Shown here: in pieces, positions 28,266-38,014 of the stretch
Position numbering within the stretch: position 1 is the stretch's first letter
Layout: the number at the start of each line of letters is the position of its first letter
Source: a bacterium
GTDB lineage: Bacteria > JADJOY01
Assembly: GCA_046331705.1 (NCBI GenBank)
Contig: JAXLQJ010000012.1
Coordinates: 1 to 64,000, forward strand
Length of the DNA: 64,000 nt
Direction of reading: 5' to 3'
Notes under the pieces: generated by a model
Told to the model about the DNA's origin: nothing
The model's input: only the letters and a program-made list of their open reading frames with translations
Databases searched by the model: none
Translations under genes and position numbers: made by a program

Positions 28266-28623
28266 GTCGTGACCCTGCCGCTTCGAAGCGACGCCCATCG
28301 CCGGAGCTCGGAAGCCGATGCGCACCGCGCGCCCGGTGGCGTTGCCGCCGCCCTCCACGGGCGCCCCTCGCGTATCCAGCGCCTGGTGCTCGAGGGTCGA
28401 GGTGAGCGCTCGCTGGTCCAGCGAGAGCGCGATTCGCTCAGTGATCACGATGCGCCTCACGGCGAGCGCCGGATGAACGCATTCCTCCCCTCCTCGCTGG
28501 ACGGGTGGTTGCCCGTCCTCGGATCTCATTCATCGAGTAAGCAGATGTCGAATGACGAAACTATCTATTTTCTGGAATGGCGATCGTCACATAGGTTGCG
28601 GCTCCAAGCCAAGGGGGAAGCCA

Positions 28624-29199
28624 ATGGACACGACGGTACGAACGAATCGCGTTGGGAGTCACGAAGAGGAGTACTTCCTGAAGTTGGAGGCCGAGCGGCT
28701 CGAGGAGCGCAGGATCGAGGCCGATCGCGCGCTGGCGGCGAGCCAGCTCGCACTGGCGCTGGACCGACCGAACTCGGAGTGGATGACTCGGCTCGTCGGA
28801 CTGGGCATCACCGCCGAGAATGCGGCGGCCTTTCGCGTCATGCCGCTGGTGGAGGTGGCGTGGGCCGATGGCGCGGTCGACTCCGCCGAGCGCACGCGTC
28901 TCTTGCAGGGCGCACGTCGCCTCGGGCTCGTGCCCGGCGCCGCGGCGCAGAATCTGCTGGAAAGCTGGCTCGAGGCTCGCCCCAATCGCGCGCTCATCGA
29001 CGCCTGGCACGAGCTCGCCGCCGAGGACCAGCAGCGTGGCGTGTCGTCCGACGAGCGCTGGCGCCTGCTTCAGGACGCGGAAGCCGTCGCGGGCGCATCC
29101 GGCGGACTGCTCGGCATTGCCGCGGTCTCCGCCGCCGAGCGAACGACGCTCGCGGCCATCCGATCGAGCTTGGGCGGCAGCGCCGCGCTCGACGGATGA
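28624..29199 (+). CDS. TerB-like helical protein
   Basis: EEEYF, PLVEVAWADGAVD, VAGASGGLLG. ATG 28624 after GGGGG. Confidence 0.7.
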   Translation: MDTTVRTNRVGSHEEEYFLKLEAERLEERRIEADRALAASQLALALDRPNSEWMTRLVGLGITAENAAAFRVMPLVEVAWADGAVDSAERTRLLQGARRLGLVPGAAAQNLLESWLEARPNRALIDAWHELAAEDQQRGVSSDERWRLLQDAEAVAGASGGLLGIAAVSAAERTTLAAIRSSLGGSAALDG

Positions 29200-29625
29200 C
29201 CGATTCGCGGTGTGAGGTCGAAGGTCGATGGCGGCGTGGTCGTGAAGAGCTCGTACGGCGCCGCGTGGGAGCTTGGTGCGAGCTTGTGTACGCCCCCGTA
29301 GGCCGGGGGCACGGGGGGTGCGTCCCGCCGGCGGCGGGGGACTCGGTGGGAGTCCCCCCCGGCGAGAGCACCTGCCCAACCCAGAGGTCATTCGCCTCCG
29401 CGAACCCCACCGACTCGAATCAGAGCTTCGAAGGCCGTGCGTCGACGACCGCCGCCGACTCGATCGGCTCGACCCGTCCGAGGAGGGCGTAACGCGGCGC
29501 GAGCGCGATCCCCGCGAGCACGCACCGGATCGAATCCACACGCCCGCGTTCCGTGGCCACGGCATGCCGGTGCATCGGATCGCACCGGGAGAGACCGGAG
29601 CGGCGTCTGCTGCCGAGCTGGACAC

Positions 29626-29982
29626 TCACAGCACCTTCACCTCTTGACGGTCCCACAGCTCGAGCAGCGAGAGCATCTCGGCGCCGGTGTACGCACCGAC
29701 CACGCCCACGCGCGCGTGCACGAGCTGAACGCCGACGATCACTTCGACGAACTCCGGATCGACGCGCAATCGCGCGATCGCATCGCGCTCGCCTTTCACG
29801 AGGACGAACCCCTCGAGATCCCCGCCGTGCGGTTCCAGCAAGACCACTTCCACGCTCTCGATCCGGCCCTCGCGCTCGAGCCGCGTCAGATATTGCATCG
29901 CCTCGTCGAGAACGCGGGCGGCCACCTTCTCGCGGCCTGCGATGATCGAACCCCATCCAACGAACAGTGCCCCCTTCGGCAT
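29626..29982 (-). CDS. Conserved hypothetical protein (~118 aa)
   Basis: C-terminal part of ORF 29626..30489 (MPKGALFVGWG...LLEPHGGDLEGF). GAGGGAG upstream. Confidence 0.7.
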   Translation of the reverse strand: MPKGALFVGWGSIIAGREKVAARVLDEAMQYLTRLEREGRIESVEVVLLEPHGGDLEGFVLVKGERDAIARLRVDPEFVEVIVGVQLVHARVGVVGAYTGAEMLSLLELWDRQEVKVL

Positions 29983-30067
29983 GGCGATGATTCTCCCTCG
30001 TCGTACTGCGGAAACGCTCGGTTTCTCTTCGTTCTGGCGCCGATGCCCGCTGCGCGAAGGCGGGGGC

Positions 30068-30796
30068 CTAAGCGGCTCGGCGCAGGTCGGGGCGCTCGTG
30101 CCACTCGTGCTCGATATCGCGCATGAGCAGCGCGCAGTCGAGCTCGACCGAGCCTGCGGGGAACACGGCGCGGTCATCGAAGAAGCTCGAGCGAGCTGCC
30201 GAAACCGCCAGTGGCTCGACTCGCCAGGTCGCGCACCGGAGCTCGAGGCCGTGAAAGCAGCGGGGATCGGTCGTCGCGGAGTAGCCGATGGCGCCAGCTT
30301 CGAAGAACGCCGAAGCCTCCGCGACGGATGCGAACGTCGAGCTCGTCGGCAATTCGTCGGCGATGTCTGCGGCGATCGCCAGTTGCGTGACGCCGTCGTC
30401 CGACGCGACGGCGACCTCGACGTGTCGGGTGCGATCGACCACCGAAAACGCTGCGTGCGCGTGAATTCCCGGGAAGAGTCGACCGCCAACGAGTGTGTTC
30501 AGCCAGGAAGTCGTGTCGCGGCGCCGGATGAAAACCCCTTCCCGTACGGTAGGGCCGTCATCCCACTCGACCGCCGTGCGGTGCGCAGCGTTCTCCGACG
30601 AGATCCCGAGCCATGGGGGCAGCATGCGCGGCCGCACTCGGCTCAGCCCGATGAGACAGATCCCGGCCATGCCGTGTCCTCGATGCAGCTTCGGCCGAAA
30701 CGGCGGCGGAAGCGTGCGCCTGAGCACGGTCGGATCCACGCGGTAGTTCACGAGGATCCGTCGCTCGATCACGCCTCGAACCACCGGTAGCCTCAC
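30068..30796 (-). CDS. DUF2071 (YqjF-like) protein
   Basis: GVIERRILVNYRVDP, GICLI, SENAAHR. Confidence 0.75.
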   Translation of the reverse strand: MRLPVVRGVIERRILVNYRVDPTVLRRTLPPPFRPKLHRGHGMAGICLIGLSRVRPRMLPPWLGISSENAAHRTAVEWDDGPTVREGVFIRRRDTTSWLNTLVGGRLFPGIHAHAAFSVVDRTRHVEVAVASDDGVTQLAIAADIADELPTSSTFASVAEASAFFEAGAIGYSATTDPRCFHGLELRCATWRVEPLAVSAARSSFFDDRAVFPAGSVELDCALLMRDIEHEWHERPDLRRAA

Positions 30797-31029
30797 CTCG
30801 AGCTCCCTCGTCGATGGTGTCTTCGTCCGCGGAGGATCATCTCGCACGCACGGCGGTCGCGATCGCACGCGCCGCATGGGGGCCGGCGGCCGGCGCTCGC
30901 TGTGGGCCTGGAAGGAGCTCGACGGGTCGGCGACGTGGATCGCGCGTTCGCAGCGTCGGCAGGAGTTCTACGATCTTGCGCTCGAGAGCCTGGCGGCATG
31001 CGCGACCGTTCGCCTGTGACCGTCTCGCG

Positions 31030-32487
31030 TCACTCGGTCTTGGTGACGAACTTGTGGTACGCGGCGAGCCAGTAGGCGGCGAGGTAGTCGACGCCGGGGT
31101 TCACGAATCTCGGGTCGGTGGAGCCGCAGGCGTCGACGAGGAAGGGGCTGCGCTGCCACAGGAAGTCGGTGGTGCACTGCTGGTCGACGGGGAACGCCTC
31201 GAGCGCCTGTGGGTGGATCTCCCCCATGAGCTCGATGAGGATCGGGATCTGCTGTTGCAGGTCGTACCACTGCTGGGAGACGGGATCGATGGTGTACGTC
31301 GAGGGATCGCGCGCGGGCAGGAAATAACGGTCGTTGGGGGCGCCACGGAAACGCGTGAGGTCGTCCAGGAGCTGGCTTTCGTAAGGATCGTCCTGGGGCG
31401 CGGGCTGCCATCCGCCTTGGCTCATGTAGATGCCCGTGAACCAGGCGTTGTGGGAGAGCCGCGTGTAGTCGTGGACGGACGAGTTGAAGAAGCTCAGGAA
31501 CCACTGGTAGTCGGCGGATCCGAAATAAACCTTTCCGAGCCGCAGGATGGTGTACCAGAGCTGGTGCCCGAGGTTGTTCGAGTAGTACTGGCTGTAGCGA
31601 TTGAAGATGTCGATGCCGGCGAGCTCGAAGCCGGCGCGGGCGCCGTCGGCAACCAGCTTCTTCACCTCGCCGAGGGCGCGGGCGTCGCCGCTCACGTGGT
31701 AGGCGACGAGCGAGAACACCATTTGCTGCGACGGCAGCATGTTGGGTGCGACGCTGCTCGGTTGCCCGTCCTCGGCGATGATGAGCCAGTTGTTGTCCGC
31801 CAGCATGTTGAAGACTTCGAGGACGTCGGCGGCGATGGTGGCCCGGGTCGCGTCGTCGTCGACGAGGTCGTAGGCCGTGGCCATGCCGAGGATCCAGCCG
31901 GTGTACTGATCGCGGCTGGTCTCGCCCCACCAGAAGTCGCCGGCGTACGGTCCGCTCTCGACGTGGTGGCAGCGCTCCTGCGTCTCGCACCAGGCGTCGC
32001 CCTGATAGATGGTCGAGGTGGCCTGCGTGCCCCAGTATCGCGAGATGTAGCCGGTCGCGCCGGTCACGTGCAGGTGGCCGTCGAGGGTGTCGACCATGCG
32101 GATCGCGTTGGCCTTCGCTTGCGCGTCGCCGGTCACGTGGTAGCGGAACGACTGGCTCGCCAGGTACGTGCCGGTCCAGATCGTGCTGTCGCCGAACTCG
32201 GCGATGTGGTCGAAGGTGGTGCGGTCGGTGTCGGCGAAGTACGCGGTGATCGTGCCGCCGTGATCGGGCTGGTGCCACGCGAGGTGCCACGCGTCGTAAG
32301 CCTCGGCCTTGGCGCGTAGCGCGCCCGCGGCGCCGGACTCGTCGTAGCTGGGCGCTTCGACGTTGGATTGCGGCCAGGGGGCGACGTAATCGTCGGGCTG
32401 GCATTCCTCGGCGCCCATGGTGAACGCGGCGGCGAGGGCGGCGAGGGGTAGCGCGGAGCGAAGACGCAGCGGTTTCATCGGAGACAC
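31030..32487 (-). CDS. Secreted protein, possible (alpha/alpha)-barrel glycoside-hydrolase-like fold
   Basis: Signal peptide, aromatic-rich, DSTIWTGTYLA, TSRDQYTG, PGVDYLAAYW. Function uncertain. Confidence 0.65.
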   Translation of the reverse strand: MSPMKPLRLRSALPLAALAAAFTMGAEECQPDDYVAPWPQSNVEAPSYDESGAAGALRAKAEAYDAWHLAWHQPDHGGTITAYFADTDRTTFDHIAEFGDSTIWTGTYLASQSFRYHVTGDAQAKANAIRMVDTLDGHLHVTGATGYISRYWGTQATSTIYQGDAWCETQERCHHVESGPYAGDFWWGETSRDQYTGWILGMATAYDLVDDDATRATIAADVLEVFNMLADNNWLIIAEDGQPSSVAPNMLPSQQMVFSLVAYHVSGDARALGEVKKLVADGARAGFELAGIDIFNRYSQYYSNNLGHQLWYTILRLGKVYFGSADYQWFLSFFNSSVHDYTRLSHNAWFTGIYMSQGGWQPAPQDDPYESQLLDDLTRFRGAPNDRYFLPARDPSTYTIDPVSQQWYDLQQQIPILIELMGEIHPQALEAFPVDQQCTTDFLWQRSPFLVDACGSTDPRFVNPGVDYLAAYWLAAYHKFVTKTE

Positions 32488-32616
32488 CTCGAGCGGCGCG
32501 AACGGGTCCGCGCGGATCGTCGTCGAGCAGTGTGGAGTGACGAGAAAAATTCTCTCACGCTGCTCGCGCGCGCCGCAAACACGGCGGCGGAGGCGTCACG
32601 ATGCGGGTGCGGGGAG

Positions 32617-33060
32617 TCAGCCGAAGCGCCACGAGGTGAAGCAGGGGAGCTGGCCGTCGTCGCGCAGCTCCTCGGCCTCGTCGGGGTCGCGCGGCACGAC
32701 GCGGCAGACTTCCGGCTTGAGTCCGGTGAAGTGTAGACCGCAGCCGCGGCCCTGCGCGGCCAGAAAGACGCATCCGCGCTCGCCGACCGCCGTGCGGTAG
32801 AGCCAATCGCCGTCCTCGTCCTGCTCGGGGCCGGTGAACTGATGGTCGGCGGCGTGGCCGTGGGCGATGAGCGCCTCGCGCTCGGCGGGCCACACGTCGG
32901 CGCCGTGACTGCAACAGTCCTGAACGCACGGGAACGTCATGCAATCGGGCGCGGCCAGGACCGGTCGGTGCACCAGGTCCTCGAGCGCGGTCACCGGCAG
33001 GCGGCTCGCGGTGGGGCTCGGAGGGATGCGGCCTTCGGAGGGGTTCTCGGGAGTCGTCAC
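32617..33060 (-). CDS. Cys-rich protein (DUF3109/YkgJ-like)
   Basis: CxxxxCxxxCC, GCVFL, GCGLH, KPEVC. GTG start after GGAGG-like context. Confidence 0.6.
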   Translation of the reverse strand: MTTPENPSEGRIPPSPTASRLPVTALEDLVHRPVLAAPDCMTFPCVQDCCSHGADVWPAEREALIAHGHAADHQFTGPEQDEDGDWLYRTAVGERGCVFLAAQGRGCGLHFTGLKPEVCRVVPRDPDEAEELRDDGQLPCFTSWRFG

Positions 33061-33386
33061 GGAGGACCTCGGATCAGCGGTCGGTGCGCGCGCAAGATAG
33101 GCGACCGACCAGCGAAGGCAACTCGTCGCACGAGCGTGCGCGGCTCGCGCGCGAGCATCGCCGAGGGTCGTGACGGGAGCGTGACGTAACGCCACGGCCG
33201 GGCGTTCGACGGAAGGACATCGCGGGGCGGGACCGACTCGCTCCGCACGGTGTGGGGGCGGGCTCGAGCGGCGGGTTCGTTCGGCGGGCCTCGACCCGCT
33301 CGCCGATCGAGTTGCAGGGAGGGGCGGGCGGGCGCTCGCCCCCGCGAACGCCGCGCGCCGAGATCGCGCGGACATCGGAGGCGGTC

Positions 33387-33884
33387 ATGAATCGTTCGAG
33401 CTCGCTCGCATGCCTGACGCTGTCGCTGGCGCTGATGCCGCGGATGGCGTGGGCCGACGAGGACGCGAGCGCCGTGAAGATCGTGTCGGCGCGGGACATG
33501 GCCGCGAATTTCGCGAAGGCGGCGACGATTCGCGAGACCCCGCTCTACAAGGTTCACGCGAGCCACCGGGAGGCGCCCGGGCTGGCGGAGATCCATGCCC
33601 GCGACACGGACGTGATCTACGTCGTCGAGGGCAAGGCCACGCTCGTGACCGGCGGCACGGCGGTCGACGCCAAGGCCACCGCGCCCGACGAGCTGCGCGG
33701 CACCCGCATCGAAGGGGGCGAAGCACATGCCCTCGCGAAGGGTGACGTCGTGATCGTGCCGAGCGGAGTTCCGCATTGGTTCGAGCACGTGAGCGGGCCC
33801 TTCAACTATTTCGTGGTCAAGGTGACGGCGCCGGCACCCGAGGCATCGACGGGTGCCGCCACCGAAGCGGGGAGCGAGCGATGA
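33387..33884 (+). CDS. Secreted cupin-domain protein
   Basis: Signal peptide, EIHARDTDVIYVVEG, GDVVIVPSGVPHWF. Confidence 0.85.
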   Translation: MNRSSSLACLTLSLALMPRMAWADEDASAVKIVSARDMAANFAKAATIRETPLYKVHASHREAPGLAEIHARDTDVIYVVEGKATLVTGGTAVDAKATAPDELRGTRIEGGEAHALAKGDVVIVPSGVPHWFEHVSGPFNYFVVKVTAPAPEASTGAATEAGSER

Positions 33885-35539
33885 GCCGGTGGATTCGAAT
33901 CGTCGGACGTGTGTCCTCCGTCGTGGCGCTGGTCACGGGTTTGCTGGCGTTCGAGCGCCTCGCCTTCGGAGCCAGCGCCGATCGACCGGACCGCACGGCC
34001 AGGGCTGACGCCGTGGTGGATCTGCGCACCGAAGCGGGCGCGTCGCTGGTCGGGGGAGAGTGGCGCTTCCACGACACCAAGATCGTCGAGGTGGAGCACC
34101 ATTGGCCCGGCCCGGATCTCAAGCCCTCGGGTGCCCCGAACCGCACGCACGAGCTGAACCCGCACGCCGCGGTGCCCGACTTCGACGACTCCGGTTGGGA
34201 GAAGATCGCCGCCGAGACGCTCGACGCGCGCCGTTCCACGGGGCGGCTCTCGTTCGCGTGGTATCGGCTCGACCTGGTGCTGCCCGAGAAGGTGGGATCG
34301 CTGCCGGTGGCGGGCTCGACGGTCTTCTTCGAGATCGTGATCGACGACTACGCCGAGGTGAGCGTGGATGGCCGCCAGCCCCTCGTTCTCGGCCAGGTCG
34401 GCGGACCGGTCGTCGCGGGCTTCAACGCCCCCAACCGCGTGCTGCTCACGCGCGACGCCAAACCAGGGCAGCGCTTCCAGCTCGCGGTGCTGGGGATCAA
34501 CGGGCCGCTCTCCGAGCCGCCCGGGAACTTCATCTGGGTGCGGAGCGCGACGCTCGACTTCTACGCGCCGGCGCGCGCGGCGGTCGGGGTGCCCGTGGAC
34601 GCGCGCTTCGAGAAGCGCGATCCCGCATTCGACGAGATCGTTCCGCCGGGCACGCGTGTGGAGCGGCTCGCGAGCGGCTTCGACTTCATCGAGGGTCCTG
34701 TCTGGCACCCGGACGGATACTTGCTCTTCAGCGAGCCCAACAACAACGCCATCTACCGCTGGTCGCCGCTCGACGGCGCCGTGAGCGTCTTCCGCACGCA
34801 CAGCGGCTACGCAGGTGTCGACATCGGCGAGTACGGGCAGCCCGGGTCCAACGGCCTCACGCTCGACGCGAATGGGCGGCTCACGATCTGCGAGCACGGC
34901 AATCACCGCATCTCGCGACTCGAGAAGAACGGGCAGCTCACCGTGCTCGCCGACCGCTACGACGGAAAGCGCCTCAACAGCCCCAACGACCTCGTCTACC
35001 AAGCCAGTGGCGCGCTCTACTTCACCGATCCGCCGTTCGGGTTGCCCAAGTTCTACGACGATCCGCGCCGCGAGCTCGACGTCTACGGCGTCTATCGCTA
35101 CGCCGATGGAAAGCTCACGCTCGTCGACGATTCGTTGCGCGGACCCAACGGGCTGGCGTTCTCGCCGGACGAGCGATACCTCTACGTCGACAACTGGGAC
35201 GAACGGGCGAAGATCGTCAAACGTTTCGAGGTGAAGCCCGACGGCACGCTCACGAACGGGAGCGTGTTCTTCGACATGGGCGGTGCCCCCGGGGCGGAAG
35301 CGCTCGACGGGCTCAAGGTCGACCAGCAGGGAAATCTCTACGTCTCCGGTCCCGGCGGGCTGTGGGTGATCTCGCCGCAAGGAAAGCATCTCGGCACGAT
35401 CTCGCTCCCCGATCTACCCGCGAACTTCGCGTGGGGGGATGACGACGGCCGCACGCTCTACCTGACCGCCCGATCGAACCTCTATCGGGTGCGTCTCGGC
35501 ATCCCGGGCATTCGCCCGCCGCTCGCCGCACCGCGCTGA
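33881..35539 (+). CDS. SMP-30/gluconolactonase family protein with N-terminal jelly-roll-like domain
   Basis: EGPVW, GSNGLT, LNSPNDL, FTDPPFG, PNGLAFSPDE, DGLKVD. ATGA-coupled to the cupin gene. Confidence 0.9.
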   Translation: MSRWIRIVGRVSSVVALVTGLLAFERLAFGASADRPDRTARADAVVDLRTEAGASLVGGEWRFHDTKIVEVEHHWPGPDLKPSGAPNRTHELNPHAAVPDFDDSGWEKIAAETLDARRSTGRLSFAWYRLDLVLPEKVGSLPVAGSTVFFEIVIDDYAEVSVDGRQPLVLGQVGGPVVAGFNAPNRVLLTRDAKPGQRFQLAVLGINGPLSEPPGNFIWVRSATLDFYAPARAAVGVPVDARFEKRDPAFDEIVPPGTRVERLASGFDFIEGPVWHPDGYLLFSEPNNNAIYRWSPLDGAVSVFRTHSGYAGVDIGEYGQPGSNGLTLDANGRLTICEHGNHRISRLEKNGQLTVLADRYDGKRLNSPNDLVYQASGALYFTDPPFGLPKFYDDPRRELDVYGVYRYADGKLTLVDDSLRGPNGLAFSPDERYLYVDNWDERAKIVKRFEVKPDGTLTNGSVFFDMGGAPGAEALDGLKVDQQGNLYVSGPGGLWVISPQGKHLGTISLPDLPANFAWGDDDGRTLYLTARSNLYRVRLGIPGIRPPLAAPR

Positions 35540-35578
35540 GTCTCGTCCCCGAGTGTCGAGAGCGCGGTGAGTCGCTCG

Positions 35579-35609
35579 CCGCCCGCCACGGGCTCACCGT
35601 GGCGGGCGG
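35579..35609 (+). terminator. Perfect 13-bp GC-rich hairpin after the gluconolactonase gene
   Basis: CCGCCCGCCACGG-gctca-CCGTGGCGGGCGG. No clear U-tract, so the terminator role is uncertain. Confidence 0.45.
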
Positions 35610-35804
35610 TCGTGCTCCGCCTGACGCGTCGACCCGTCCGGTGTCCTCGCTCGCACCGCCGTCGAACCGCGGCTGGTTGAAACGTTTCCTGCCTTCGCTC
35701 GACTGCACCGCGGAGGCAATCATGAACACCGGAAAGAGCTGGAGTTCCCGCCCGGTCCTCGGGCTTTCCGCCTGGCTCGCGTACGCGGGCGCGACGGCCG
35801 TCCG

Positions 35805-36752
35805 ATGACGACGCGGCCGGCGGCGGACCAACGGCGCGTCCCGGTGCGGATCGCTCTCGACGGGCCGCGACTGGAAAGCTGTGGGATCGGGCTGCGCAAG
35901 GAGTTCTTCGACGAGATCCTCGACGAGCACCCGCCGGTGCCGTGGTTCGAGATCATCTCCGAGAACTTCATGGTCGCGGGCGGACGCCCGCGCTTCGTGC
36001 TCGAGCGCGTGCGGCGCGACTATCCGATCGCATGCCACGGTGTGTCGCTCTCGATCGGATCCGCGGAGCCCCTCGACCGCGACCATCTGCGGCGACTCGC
36101 CGAGCTGATCGAGTGGCTCCAGCCGACGGTCGTCTCCGATCACTTGTGCTGGTCGTCCGCGGGTGGTCATTCGAGCCACGACCTGCTGCCGCTGGCGCGC
36201 ACCGAGGAGATGGTGCGTCGGGTGGCGGCGAAGGTGCGCGTGGTCCAGGACGTGCTCGGGCGCCGGATCCTGCTCGAGAACGTGTCGAGCTACGTCGAGT
36301 GGGCCGAATCCACGCTCGACGAGGCGGAGTTCGTGGCGGCGGTGGCCGAGGAAGCGGACTGTGGGCTGCTGCTCGACGTCAACAACCTCTACGTCAACGC
36401 GCGCAATCACGGCCTCGATCCGTACCGCTACTTGGAGCGGATTCCGCGCGAGCGCGTGCGGCAGTTTCACCTCGCTGGCCACGAGGACCACGACGACTTC
36501 GTCATCGACACCCACGATCGCGCCGTGCGGGACGAGGTCTGGTCGCTCTACGCCGCCGCCGTGCGCCGCTTCGGCGCGCTGCCGAGTCTCGTCGAATGGG
36601 ACGCGCGGATCCCGAGCCTGGAAGCGGTGTGGGTGGAGTCGCGGAAAGCGGAGGCGATCGCTCGGCACGCACTCGCGGGGCGCGATGGCCAAGGTCGGCC
36701 GAGGGCGCGCGCGATGCCGGAGCCGCGCGCTCGCGCGTTCGCGGGGGTGTGA
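35805..36752 (+). CDS. DUF692 multinuclear non-heme iron-dependent oxidase (MNIO, BufB-like)
   Basis: GIGLR, WFEIISENF, HGVSLSIG, SDHLCW, HDLLP, LENVSSY, LLDVNN, HLAGH, IDTH, EWD. Confidence 0.93.
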   Translation: MTTRPAADQRRVPVRIALDGPRLESCGIGLRKEFFDEILDEHPPVPWFEIISENFMVAGGRPRFVLERVRRDYPIACHGVSLSIGSAEPLDRDHLRRLAELIEWLQPTVVSDHLCWSSAGGHSSHDLLPLARTEEMVRRVAAKVRVVQDVLGRRILLENVSSYVEWAESTLDEAEFVAAVAEEADCGLLLDVNNLYVNARNHGLDPYRYLERIPRERVRQFHLAGHEDHDDFVIDTHDRAVRDEVWSLYAAAVRRFGALPSLVEWDARIPSLEAVWVESRKAEAIARHALAGRDGQGRPRARAMPEPRARAFAGV

Positions 36753-36755
36753 TCG

Positions 36756-37583
36756 ATGCACGCCACCCAGCGAGCGGTGATCGGTCATCTCGCGTTCCAG
36801 CGCGTGCTCGGCGTTGCCGAGCGCGACGGCCTGATTCGCCAGCCCCCGCGGGGGAGCAAGGCCGCGCGCTGGCACGTCTACGAGCACGGCTACCTGGCGC
36901 GCATCGTGGATGCGTTGCAGCTCGAGTACCCGGCGCTGGTGAGGATCGTCGGGGAAGGGCCGTTTCGTGCGCTGATTCGCCGCTACCTCGCGCGCTGTGT
37001 GCCGCGTTCCTTCGACCTCGGTCACGCGGGCGATCGTCTCGCCGAGTTCCTGCGCGACGACGAGCTGACGGGCGCGCTGCCCTTTCTCCCCGATCTGGCG
37101 CGCGCCGAGCGCCATCTCGCGGAGGCGTTCGTGGCGGCCGACGCCGAGCCGGTCACGTGGAGCGCGCTGTGTCGTCTGGAGCCCGCTCGGGTGCTCGAGC
37201 TCGGGGTGCGCGCGCGTCCGGGCACGGCGTTGTTGCGTTCCGCGTGGCCGATCGCCGACCTGTGGCGCCTGCGCGACGAGCCGGACGATGCGGTCGGCGT
37301 CGAGCTCGTGGGCCGAGGGCAGATCGTGCTCATCCACCGCGTGGGCTTCGCGGTGCGACTCACGACGGTCGGGGCGCTCGAGGCCGTGCTCGTCGACCGC
37401 GCGCTGGCAGCCGAGACCTCGCTTGCCGATGCGTACGAGCACACGGCGGAAGGGGTGGACGAAGCCTCGGACGTGACCGACTGGATCGCGGCATTTCGCT
37501 CGCTGGTCGAGCTGGAAGTCTTCACACCAACCGCGGCGCGTTCCTCGGAAGCGGAGCGCCGCTTCGAGGAGGACGTGCGATGA
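36756..37583 (+). CDS. DUF2063-family MNIO partner protein (BufC-like)
   Basis: VYEHGYLARIVDAL...YP, LPDLARAE, SAWPIADLW. Adjacent to DUF692. Confidence 0.85.
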   Translation: MHATQRAVIGHLAFQRVLGVAERDGLIRQPPRGSKAARWHVYEHGYLARIVDALQLEYPALVRIVGEGPFRALIRRYLARCVPRSFDLGHAGDRLAEFLRDDELTGALPFLPDLARAERHLAEAFVAADAEPVTWSALCRLEPARVLELGVRARPGTALLRSAWPIADLWRLRDEPDDAVGVELVGRGQIVLIHRVGFAVRLTTVGALEAVLVDRALAAETSLADAYEHTAEGVDEASDVTDWIAAFRSLVELEVFTPTAARSSEAERRFEEDVR

Positions 37584-37873
37584 ACCTGAGATCGAAGACG
37601 ATGCTCGCCGCGGCGCTCGCGGGCGCCATGGCCGTGCCCATGCTCGCCAAGGCGGCGTCCGCGCCCAAGGACGACGCCGGCAAGGTGCCGTGCTGGGGAA
37701 TCAACAAGTGCAAGGGGACGGGCGATTGCAGCGCCGACGGCTGCCGGGCCCACGGTTGCCACGGCACCAACGAGTGCAGCGGTCAGGGCTTCATCCGCCA
37801 GGAAAAGGAAGTGTGTCTTCGCATCACCAACGGCCGGCTGGAAAAGGCCCCGGTGGCCGAACCCGCGAAGTGA
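37580..37873 (+). CDS. Secreted Cys-rich RiPP precursor (bufferin BufA2-like)
   Basis: 97 aa, GAGGAGG RBS, Sec signal, CWGINKCKGTGDC...CHGTNECSGQG...C. ATGA-coupled to DUF2063. Confidence 0.8.
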   Translation: MNLRSKTMLAAALAGAMAVPMLAKAASAPKDDAGKVPCWGINKCKGTGDCSADGCRAHGCHGTNECSGQGFIRQEKEVCLRITNGRLEKAPVAEPAK

Positions 37874-37966
37874 GCGTCCGCGCGAGATCGCACGCTCGGG
37901 ATGGACGGCGAGCCGGGCACCGAGCTCGGCCCGCCGCTCCTCCTCCGTCCGACGTGGGCGTGCTGC

Positions 37967-38014
37967 TTGACTTCGCGAGTGCGTAAGCCAATACTTACAT
38001 AAGTCATGGCTTAC
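37967..38014 (+). promoter_or_regulatory. Promoter with tandem inverted-repeat operator
   Basis: TTGACT (37967), AATACT 17 nt later, GTAAG-N6-CTTAC (37983-37998) and ATAAG-N6-CTTAC (37999-38014). Confidence 0.7.

Noticed and set aside
29292-29358. Two GC hairpins (GCCCCC..GGGGGC; GGGGGACTC-ggtgg-GAGTCCCCC) as an ncRNA
   Set aside because: No recognisable family and no U-tract. They are plausibly a terminator between convergent genes, but this cannot be supported further.
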